The position numbers were made by a program, and so were the translations under genes. A DNA stretch of 64,000 nucleotides, from the NCBI GenBank assembly GCA_965279035.1, contig OZ257142.1, positions 2,720,001 through 2,784,000 of the forward strand, written 5' to 3'. Under the pieces are notes generated by a model. The model was not told where the DNA came from. It saw nothing but the letters and a program-made list of their open reading frames with translations, and did not search any database. This document shows positions 56,411-64,000 of this stretch, piece by piece. Each line of letters starts with the position of its first letter. Positions within the stretch are counted from its first letter, which is position 1. This DNA is from Bacteroidia bacterium. Its GTDB lineage: Bacteria; Bacteroidota; Bacteroidia; M30B66.

Positions 56411-57209
56411 ATTCTATGCATGTATCTTAATTCTAATGTGCCACTATTTAACGGTGAATGCACAATTTGAAAATCGCTACAGTGAACTTTTCTTTCATTA
56501 TGGATTGGTTGAAAGTCTGCAATTAAATGAATGGAAATATTTTGCGGAAAGTTATAATGCAACCGTATTACCAAGCGAAAAACTAGGTGATTTTGAACAA
56601 GGGTTTAATTTTGATTTAGGATATCGAATCAATCTGAATCGCTTTTATAGTACGCTTTCCTATCAACGTTATTATGGAAGAGCTAGTGCAAAATTCACCA
56701 ATAATGAATCACGATTATTCGATTTACACGCCAATGCTGTTGCTTGGGGTTTTGGGTATAAATTAAGAAATGTAGATAAAAAGTTTAATGTGAGTTTGGT
56801 GTATAATATGAGAATTACAAGCAAGACTCGCATTGTTTCTTCGTATAAATATGCCGATGGATTTGAAAGTATGGGCGGCGACAAAAGCTTAAATGGAACT
56901 TATTTGGGACTTGGTGCATTGGGCTCTGAATTGGGATTTTTAATTCAATATAGAATCAGTAAAAAAATACAAATAGACATTGGAATGGTGAAACAATGGA
57001 ACAATTCACTTACTCCATCAACTATGGACGACAAAAGCGATTTCAAAGCATTTAAAGGCACCGGCGGTTCGCAATTACCTCAAGATTATGCTTCTTATAA
57101 TGCTGATCCATTCCAATATATTTTAGATAGCAAATTGGTGGTTCACGATAAATCGAAGGGAAATAAAATCATGATTGGAATTAGTTATTCAATTTCAAAT
57201 ACAAACTAG
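56400..57209 (+). CDS. Secreted outer-membrane beta-barrel-like protein of unknown function
   Basis: Signal peptide; FDLGYR, WGFGYK and IGISYSI amphipathic strands; overlaps the upstream gene by 11 bp. Confidence 0.65.
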   Translation: MRSKFYACILILMCHYLTVNAQFENRYSELFFHYGLVESLQLNEWKYFAESYNATVLPSEKLGDFEQGFNFDLGYRINLNRFYSTLSYQRYYGRASAKFTNNESRLFDLHANAVAWGFGYKLRNVDKKFNVSLVYNMRITSKTRIVSSYKYADGFESMGGDKSLNGTYLGLGALGSELGFLIQYRISKKIQIDIGMVKQWNNSLTPSTMDDKSDFKAFKGTGGSQLPQDYASYNADPFQYILDSKLVVHDKSKGNKIMIGISYSISNTN

Positions 57210-57211
57210 AC

Positions 57212-57697
57212 ATGAAAAATAGCTGCTTATTTATTCTGCTCCTTTTTATCATGCAATCCTGTAGTAAAAAAGGGACACTGTACGAAGATTATTGGGAAAC
57301 CATAGAAGCTGGTTCCTATCAGTTTACGGAGGCTAAATGCAGCATTTATAAAGATCAAGTATTTTTAAAAGATTCTGCTATTATCGTTGGAAAATCCTAT
57401 ATCCTCTTATACACTTCTCAATCGGGTGGTTTTTACAATGAACTTGATTTATACGGAGATTGGACACCACCTTTGTTTTCTGGTGGAGAAGGCTATGAAA
57501 AAGTTTGGAATATGGAAAATGATGATAAACGAATTTCATTTTCTTATTATGTAAATTACACATATGTAGCTACTTCATCCTTAACGATGGAGAATGTTGG
57601 CAAATCGAAACAAATTTGGCATTATGTGACTGAAAGCTTAAATGGCATTTATTCGCATTATCAGATTACCCTTGAAAGAACAACGAATACAGATTAA
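57212..57697 (+). CDS. Lipoprotein of unknown function
   Basis: Signal peptide with lipobox MQSC followed by SKK. Confidence 0.7.
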   Translation: MKNSCLFILLLFIMQSCSKKGTLYEDYWETIEAGSYQFTEAKCSIYKDQVFLKDSAIIVGKSYILLYTSQSGGFYNELDLYGDWTPPLFSGGEGYEKVWNMENDDKRISFSYYVNYTYVATSSLTMENVGKSKQIWHYVTESLNGIYSHYQITLERTTNTD

Positions 57698-57701
57698 CAA
57701 A

Positions 57702-57763
57702 GCACGCTTCGACAAGCTCAGCGCGCGGGTTTAATCGCTCCCTGAGCCTGTCGAAGGGAGCAC
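57702..57763. repeat. REP doublet (TCGACAAGCTC core), copy 2
   Basis: gcacgct-tcgacaagctc-agcgcgc, a spacer, then gctccct-gagcctgtcga-agggagc; near reverse complement of 16601-16666. Confidence 0.85.
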
Positions 57764-57801
57764 ATTAACACATCAGCACACTAATATATTATCTTGCGCC
57801 C

Positions 57802-59004
57802 ATGTTGTACAGGGTTTTACATCTGCTCATTGGGGCTTGGATGCGGATTCATTTGAAACGATTATTTATTCGTGGATTGGATAATGTTCCTAAAAATGAA
57901 CCGATCATACTTACGTGTAATCATGGAAATGCTTTTTTAGATGCTGTATTGATAGCCATAACATTAAAACGTCCTGTCCACTTTCTCACACGTGCAGATG
58001 TTTTTAAAAAATCCTGGCAACGTTATATACTTGGGAAAATAAAAATGATTCCCGTTTATCGCATTCGAGATGGAATTGATAGCCTTGAACAAAACAATGA
58101 AACCTTCGCCCTTTGTGCAAAAATCTTAAATGATGGTGGTGCGATTTTAATTTTTTCCGAAGGAAATGCACATCCCGAAAAACGACTTCGTCCATTAAAA
58201 AAAGGAAGTGCACGCATTGCTTTTCAATCGGCTGAAACCATGAATTGGTCGAGCGAATTAAAAATTATCCCAGTCGGAATTAATTATGTTGATCATACAC
58301 GATTTCGAACCGAAGTGATGTTGGGTTTTGGAGCTCCCATTACCGTTTCAGATTTTCGCACTGAATATGAAACCGATCAAGCCCGAGGATTGCGTGCGCT
58401 AAACCATCAAATTTTCCAAGGTATACATCAGGAGATGATTCATATTCCTGAACGAGCTCAAGATGATTCCGCAAACATTGCATTGGCTATTGGGCGTGCT
58501 GAAAAACAATATCCACTTTTTCGTTTTCGCTACAAAGAGGAGGGTCGTCTAGATCACGAACAACAGGTACTAGCCAATTTTATCGAACGCGACACACCCG
58601 AATTACGCGAAAAACTACATCGTTTTGCAAAGAAAAGTGATGAATTACATCTCCCGCTAACACTTGCCCACGCTCAAATTCCACAAAGCCGAGTTCTCTT
58701 TTTAATTCTTGGATTTATTCCTGCATTTTTAGGATTAATTATTCATGCAATTCCCATGAGCCTAGCCTTTTGGTTTACAGGTAAAAAGGTACGCGATGCT
58801 CAATTCATTAATTCAGTTTTGATGGGAACTGGATTTTTCTTTACAGCTATTTGGTACCTGTTTATTAGTATCTGCAAAGCCTTTTATGCTCCGTATTTAA
58901 TTCTTCTTATTCCCCTTTTTCCTATTTTATTACGAATGACTCTACTTTATTCTGAAGCGCTCGGACAACAGCGCGCAAGGAGCTTGAGGAAGAAGTTGAA
59001 ATGA
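57802..59004 (+). CDS. PlsC-like glycerol/lysophospholipid acyltransferase
   Basis: NHGNAFLD (HX4D), FLTRADVF, PVYR, IFSEG, PVGINY; C-terminal TM helices. Confidence 0.88.
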   Translation: MLYRVLHLLIGAWMRIHLKRLFIRGLDNVPKNEPIILTCNHGNAFLDAVLIAITLKRPVHFLTRADVFKKSWQRYILGKIKMIPVYRIRDGIDSLEQNNETFALCAKILNDGGAILIFSEGNAHPEKRLRPLKKGSARIAFQSAETMNWSSELKIIPVGINYVDHTRFRTEVMLGFGAPITVSDFRTEYETDQARGLRALNHQIFQGIHQEMIHIPERAQDDSANIALAIGRAEKQYPLFRFRYKEEGRLDHEQQVLANFIERDTPELREKLHRFAKKSDELHLPLTLAHAQIPQSRVLFLILGFIPAFLGLIIHAIPMSLAFWFTGKKVRDAQFINSVLMGTGFFFTAIWYLFISICKAFYAPYLILLIPLFPILLRMTLLYSEALGQQRARSLRKKLK

Positions 59005-59008
59005 TTGC

Positions 59009-59130
59009 TGATGATCCCGATAGCTATCGGGAGATGTGTTGGTGATCCCTCTATTTATCGGGAGATGTGCTGGTTTTCTAATATACTGATTGAGATTACT
59101 ACTCGCATCCCCGGAATTCATTCCGGGGAT
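59009..59130. repeat. Palindromic repeats between convergent genes
   Basis: 31-bp tandem unit containing tcccgatagctatcggga (59015-59032) and a decayed copy (~59040-59070); perfect hairpin atccccggaa-ttca-ttccggggat at 59107-59130. Confidence 0.75.
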
Positions 59131-59158
59131 ATTGTCCGAGTATACTATAATAAAAAAT

Positions 59159-60208
59159 CTAATCCTTCACTCTTCCCCAACCAAGCGTGCGTAACATCCA
59201 ATCGGGAAGTGGTTTGTATGATCCACGTTTCTTGAGATCGAGGTACCAGCCAATTTTCTTTACCAAGGGAATTCGGTGTGTATGAACAAACTCGATTAAT
59301 GTTCCATCAGGATCTTCGGTGTAAGTGAAATGTCCGGCTGCTTCACCCATGTCGAAGCTATCGCGACTATTCACAGTAAAAGGAGATCCCATTTTTGAAC
59401 ACTGCTTTTCGAGTCCATCCATATCGTTTACATCGAAGCAAACGTGAATGTACCCTAGGTCACCCCAAAAACGATGTTCAAATATTTTACGACCAACATG
59501 CTGCATCGACTGAATTAATTCCACTTCTGCAGCTCCTAACAAACGACGAAATGCGCCACCAAATGCTGGATTGGGGCGTAATAAAACCCGACGAAAATGT
59601 CCGTTTCCTAATTCAGGAGCTGGTCCTGTTTGGTCGAAAATTACTTGATTAAAACCGAGCGTTTCTTGATAAAATTGGAGTGAACGTTCAATATCCGAAA
59701 CGCCAATTTGAACGCCCGTGATTCCGCCGTTTTGGTGTTTACCAGTATCAAACCAATCGAGTCCGGGAGCGAAGGTAAAACGGTTTCCATAGGGATCATT
59801 CAAATGAAATCGAGAACCTCCATCGGGAGTGGGAAAAACATCCGAAACTTGAATTCCTTTCGCTTTATATTTTGAATGTGCAGCTTTTACATCACGGCAT
59901 TTTAGTAGTATTCCGAAAATCCCTAAATCGCCAGCTTGAATATGAAATGCAGCGGGTTGTGGATCGCGGCTCGTGTACTGCCATATTTCAAAACCTCCAC
60001 CACCTTGCATATTCATGGCAAGAATCGCATAGCGCTTACGTGCTTCATTACCGGTATAACGAACCATTAACTCAGCGGTTGAAGCATCTTTAAACACTGG
60101 CACATCCATGCCTAAATTGCGGCGATACCAAGTAAATGCGGCTTCCGCATCTTTTACTCCAATACCAACTTGCTGAATTCCGCTTAATAAAGAATTGCTC
60201 TGTGCCAT
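59159..60208 (-). CDS. VOC/glyoxalase-family protein (two domains)
   Basis: GIQQVGIGV, DPYGN, GVSDIERSLQFY, HVCFDV, EDPDGTLIEF. Confidence 0.88.
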   Translation of the reverse strand: MAQSNSLLSGIQQVGIGVKDAEAAFTWYRRNLGMDVPVFKDASTAELMVRYTGNEARKRYAILAMNMQGGGGFEIWQYTSRDPQPAAFHIQAGDLGIFGILLKCRDVKAAHSKYKAKGIQVSDVFPTPDGGSRFHLNDPYGNRFTFAPGLDWFDTGKHQNGGITGVQIGVSDIERSLQFYQETLGFNQVIFDQTGPAPELGNGHFRRVLLRPNPAFGGAFRRLLGAAEVELIQSMQHVGRKIFEHRFWGDLGYIHVCFDVNDMDGLEKQCSKMGSPFTVNSRDSFDMGEAAGHFTYTEDPDGTLIEFVHTHRIPLVKKIGWYLDLKKRGSYKPLPDWMLRTLGWGRVKD

Positions 60209-60212
60209 AACA

Positions 60213-61013
60213 TCAGGTCGCTTTGATGCGTTTGATCAAAAAATAAAATAAGGCTGGAAAATACCTCTTCAAATACACTGGAATTAATTCGGCTTTTCCA
60301 ACAAGAATTTCGGGTGATTTTCTCCGAATAGCTTTATCAATCGCTTGTGCACATTTCTCCGCACTTACACCGTTTCGTTGTCCATCGTCCATTTTACCAT
60401 GCGCCGAACCATCCGATTTTACTGCCGAAAACGAAATGTTAGTTTTCACTCTTCCGGGACAAACAATCGTAACATCAATGGGAATGTCTTTTAATTCTAA
60501 ACGCAATGCTCCGAAAAAGCCGAGTAATGCATGTTTAGCCGCTGCATATGTACTTCGTAATGTAAATCCAAACTTCCCGGCAATGCTCGATATCACAACG
60601 ACATGTCCTTTCCTGCGCGAAATAAAATGAGGAAGTACAGCTTTAGTTAAAGCAACAGGTGCAAAATAATCTAGTTCCATCAACTTGCGTTCAACTACTT
60701 CTGAGGTTTCCATGGCCAATGATCGCTGCGAAACACCTGCATTATTAACCAAAACATCAACATGACCAAAAAGGGAAATGGCTTTTTTTACCTGCCCAGG
60801 AAATGAATTCAAATCGAACATATCGAACGGTAAAAGCTCAACGTGTGAAATTTGAGTAAGACAGTTTGCTCTCACTTTTTCAAGTGCTTCTACATTACGA
60901 CCACTTAAAATAAGTGCATTCCCCGGTTTAGACAATTGCTTCGCAAGTGCAGCACCAATACCCGATGAGGCACCGGTTATCCAGAAAACTTTGAGATTCG
61001 ATTTATCTTCCAC
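60213..61013 (-). CDS. SDR-family oxidoreductase (DHRS7-like)
   Basis: WITGASSGIG, NNAGVSQRS, YAAAK; likely GTG start at 61013 just after TAATTTCG. Confidence 0.9.
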   Translation of the reverse strand: MEDKSNLKVFWITGASSGIGAALAKQLSKPGNALILSGRNVEALEKVRANCLTQISHVELLPFDMFDLNSFPGQVKKAISLFGHVDVLVNNAGVSQRSLAMETSEVVERKLMELDYFAPVALTKAVLPHFISRRKGHVVVISSIAGKFGFTLRSTYAAAKHALLGFFGALRLELKDIPIDVTIVCPGRVKTNISFSAVKSDGSAHGKMDDGQRNGVSAEKCAQAIDKAIRRKSPEILVGKAELIPVYLKRYFPALFYFLIKRIKAT

Positions 61014-61115
61014 GTAGGGGACGAAATTAGAGAATTGCCAGCAACTCACGAAGACCTGTTGAATCATTCATTTAAAAATCCTCAAAACAGCTTGACAATG
61101 CTCTATTTTTAGCAC

Positions 61116-62723
61116 ATGAAGTTCAGCCATTTACTATTTGCTTTTTTGCTCCTCGCCTGCTCTGCTACTGCGCAAAACCGAATTCAAATTATTCCTCAAC
61201 CCGTTTCTGTCAAAGAAAATCCGGGCGAATTTCGAATAACACCTGCAACCGAAATTGCTATTTGGGGAGGTTCGTTGAGAACAGAAGCCATCTATCTGCG
61301 CGATTATATCAAACAGTATTTTCAATTCGATCTAAAAATTGATTCTTCTGGAAAATCAAAAGCAGTATCGCGCATTGTGCTTAACTACGATCGGCTCGAT
61401 CATCCTTTTCCAGGTGCATATAATTTAACTGTTAAAAGCGACGAAGTATATATCGGTGGCGACAATACCAGTGGTGTGTTTTATGGTATTCAAACCATCA
61501 TTCAACTTTTACCTACAAAAGCGGGCGAAGAACCACTTATTCCCAATGTCGAAATTCAAGATCATCCCCGATTTGCTTACCGTGGATTACACCTCGATGT
61601 AAGTCGACACTTCTTTCCAATCGAATATATAAAACGCTACCTCGATTACATTGCATATCATAAAATGAATGTCTTTCATTGGCATCTAACCGATGATCAA
61701 GGCTGGAGAATTGAAATAAAAAAATATCCATTATTAACCGAAGTCGGTGCTTGGCGCGATGGTACGCTCATCGGAAAACATCCCGGCAAAGGCTACGACA
61801 CACTACGTTACGGTGGATTTTACACTCAAGATCAAATCAAAGAAGTTGTTGCCTATGCAGCTTCGCGACATGTTGAAGTGATTCCCGAAATCGAAATGCC
61901 CGGTCATAGCATGGCGGCCATTGCAGCCTATCCGTTTTTAAGCACCACGCCCGACAAACCAAAGAAAGTAGCTAAAGGTTGGGTAAATTATGGCGATTAC
62001 GAATACAACAATGTGCTCAATCCGAGCGATACGACCTTCCAGTTTTTGGAAGATGTCTTAACCGAAGTCATGCAGCTTTTTCCTTCGCAATACATCCACA
62101 TTGGTGGCGATGAATGCTCGAAACGTTGGTGGAAAGAATCGGCTTTTTGTCAACAGTTGAAAAAAGAAAAAGGCTTAAAAGATGAAAAAGCACTTCAGAG
62201 TTATTTCATACAACGCGTCGAAAAATTCCTGAATTCGAAAGGAAAAACAATCATTGGTTGGAACGAAATTCTTCAAGGTGGATTAGCACCCAATGCGACT
62301 GTCATGAGTTGGATGGGTACATCAGGTGGAATATTTGCTGCAAAAAAGAATCATTATGTGGTAATGACTCCCGGAAATGCCTGCTATTTCGATCATCCGC
62401 AACGTTTCAAAGACGATTCCACTGGATTAGGAAAACCGGTTTTGATTGATAGCGTGTATGCCTACAACCCAATTCCAAAGGTGTTGAGCCCCAATCTTCA
62501 CAAATACATTTTAGGTGCACAAGCCAATGTTTGGACCGAATATATTGGGAATACATCCAAACTCGAATACATGCTTTTTCCGCGATTAGCAGCCATGAGC
62601 GAAGTTGTTTGGAGCCCACAACAAACACGCAGTTTCGCAAGTTTCAAAAAACGCATGAGCGCACAATTTCAGCGATACGATACTTGGGGAATTCACTATT
62701 GTGATGAATTAATTAAACGTTGA
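61116..62723 (+). CDS. Beta-N-acetylhexosaminidase, glycoside hydrolase family 20
   Basis: PRFAYRGLHLDVSRHF, HWHLTDDQGWR, PEIEMPGH, HIGGDE, ANVWTEY. Confidence 0.95.
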   Translation: MKFSHLLFAFLLLACSATAQNRIQIIPQPVSVKENPGEFRITPATEIAIWGGSLRTEAIYLRDYIKQYFQFDLKIDSSGKSKAVSRIVLNYDRLDHPFPGAYNLTVKSDEVYIGGDNTSGVFYGIQTIIQLLPTKAGEEPLIPNVEIQDHPRFAYRGLHLDVSRHFFPIEYIKRYLDYIAYHKMNVFHWHLTDDQGWRIEIKKYPLLTEVGAWRDGTLIGKHPGKGYDTLRYGGFYTQDQIKEVVAYAASRHVEVIPEIEMPGHSMAAIAAYPFLSTTPDKPKKVAKGWVNYGDYEYNNVLNPSDTTFQFLEDVLTEVMQLFPSQYIHIGGDECSKRWWKESAFCQQLKKEKGLKDEKALQSYFIQRVEKFLNSKGKTIIGWNEILQGGLAPNATVMSWMGTSGGIFAAKKNHYVVMTPGNACYFDHPQRFKDDSTGLGKPVLIDSVYAYNPIPKVLSPNLHKYILGAQANVWTEYIGNTSKLEYMLFPRLAAMSEVVWSPQQTRSFASFKKRMSAQFQRYDTWGIHYCDELIKR

Positions 62724-62729
62724 TTTTGG

Positions 62730-62859
62730 GCATGCCCCTTTGTGCTTTCGCTCTGCCCAACGCACAACAAAGGGTCGCGTCTTCGCCTCTAAGTCCTTTT
62801 GTGAGCCTTCGCTTAGGCTTCGGTTCACAAGGCGAGCTATCCGGCTCAACCGCTCATGC
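62730..62859 (+). ncRNA. Structured intergenic repeat, Flavo-1-like, copy D
   Basis: GCATGCCC...GGTCGCGTCTTCGCCTC...GTCCT...TCCGGCTCAACCGCTCATGC; matches the blocks of 34815-34943. Confidence 0.6.
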
Positions 62860-62921
62860 AACATTTCGTAAATTCTCAACTTATAAATCGAATAGTTAAA
62901 TTACCGTTCACGAAAAAAACA

Positions 62922-63359
62922 ATGATGAAATCGAACAGTATATTATTTAATGTTATCTGTCTTTTATTCATCCTCACAGGATGCCAACATGCTGAAACAA
63001 AAAAAGAAAGCAGCATTCAACAAGAAACAAGCTACACAGGCCGCGTCCCATGCGCCGATTGTGCTGGAATTGATCTTCACGTAAATATCAAACCACAAAG
63101 CGATACCAATGGAACCTTTCATTTATTTCAAACATTTATCGAAACAAAAGAAGGTGATCAATCATTCAGCGATAGCGGTTCATACTCCATCAAAAAAGGA
63201 ATCATTGCCAATCCCGAAGCTACTATTTTAGTATTCCATCCCAATCAACCCGAAATCACACGTTACTTCGAACGCAAAGGAGATACAGCTCTATTGTGTC
63301 TTGGCAACAATGGACAACGTATTAATTCTAAACTTAATTATTTATTAAAGAAGCAATAA
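62922..63359 (+). CDS. NlpE/CutF N-terminal domain lipoprotein
   Basis: Lipobox LTGC; YTGRVPCADCAGI motif; C-terminal LNYLLKK. Confidence 0.88.
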   Translation: MMKSNSILFNVICLLFILTGCQHAETKKESSIQQETSYTGRVPCADCAGIDLHVNIKPQSDTNGTFHLFQTFIETKEGDQSFSDSGSYSIKKGIIANPEATILVFHPNQPEITRYFERKGDTALLCLGNNGQRINSKLNYLLKKQ

Positions 63360-63461
63360 GATTATTAATAAAATCAAGCAATATAAACCCTGAATTAATT
63401 TTCCATCAAGCCCTAAATTGGCGCAAAAGTCAATTATCTTCGTCCCCTATTATCCAACCCG

Positions 63462-64000
63462 ATGCGTCGCACCATTTTATTTTATCTAAGTATAATTATA
63501 GGAGCTATTGCATCTATTTGGTATGTAGTGCGATCAGGCAAACTGCTCGAAATCGGTAGGCCAATCGAAACTCCTGCTAAAATTGAAACTCCCGATTTAT
63601 TACAACATAGCATCGATTCGTTTGTCACCAATTTACATCATCCTTTAGCCATATTAATTCTTCAAATTGTTGCAATCATCGTTGTTGCCCGAATCTTTGG
63701 TTTGCTTTTTACTCGCATGGGCCAACCTTCGGTCATCGGCGAAATAACTGCCGGAATTATTTTAGGACCATCGCTTTTGGGCATGTACTTTCCCGAATAT
63801 TCTTTATTTCTTTTCCCTAAAGAATCTCTCGGAAATCTGCAATTTCTAAGTCAAGTTGGTTTAATCCTTTTCATGTTTGTTATTGGCATGGAGCTCGACT
63901 TAAATGTGTTAAAAAATAAAGCACACGAAGCTGTTGTAATTTCGCATGCCAGCATTGTGATTCCATATACTTTGGGAATGGCACTCGCCTATTTCATTTA
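63462..64000 (+). CDS. Cation:proton antiporter (CPA2), 3'-truncated by window edge
   Basis: Absent from the ORF track because it has no stop. Translates MRRTILFYL...LQIVAII...GQPSVIGEITAGIILGPSLLG...SQVGLILFMFVIGMELD. Confidence 0.9.
   Translation, partial: MRRTILFYLSIIIGAIASIWYVVRSGKLLEIGRPIETPAKIETPDLLQHSIDSFVTNLHHPLAILILQIVAIIVVARIFGLLFTRMGQPSVIGEITAGIILGPSLLGMYFPEYSLFLFPKESLGNLQFLSQVGLILFMFVIGMELDLNVLKNKAHEAVVISHASIVIPYTLGMALAYFI

Noticed and set aside
59005-59235. 76-aa ORF after the acyltransferase
   Set aside because: It is made of palindromic repeats (IPIAIG) and overlaps the end of the VOC gene.
62856-62921. N-terminal extension of the NlpE ORF from the ATG at 62856
   Set aside because: That ATG lies in the repeat's closing stem; the lipoprotein signal peptide fits a start at 62922.

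Overview
A 64-kb chromosomal window from a Bacteroidota bacterium. The assignment rests on the 287-aa Bacteroidota-type primary sigma factor, TAnnTTTG-type promoters, type IX secretion (T9SS) C-terminal domains and a TonB-dependent receptor. About a third of the window (~21 kb) encodes eight T9SS cargo proteins: an LRR protein, a 2653-aa modular giant, several beta-propeller/delta-60 proteins and one frameshifted gene. Two apparently identical 1371-bp IS4-family elements each have their own 9-bp target duplication. A LytS/LytTR two-component pair is co-oriented with two T9SS genes behind a 21-bp-period direct repeat. The rest is ordinary core/accessory genes: penicillin acylase family, pbpC, phasin plus ABC1 kinase, PUR protein, TetR-SDR, M28 peptidase, MBL-rhodanese, GH20 and a CPA2 antiporter. 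Intergenic regions hold at least four families of small structured repeats: GTAG-type REP hairpins, TCGACAAGCTC REP doublets, Flavo-1-like covarying RNA elements and one nested element. I saw no CRISPR array, rRNA, tRNA, prophage or recognisable defence system, and I cannot claim a clearly new multi-gene system. The best leads are the T9SS cargo/LytTR module and the covarying non-coding repeats. All calls come from reading the sequence; no database search was run.
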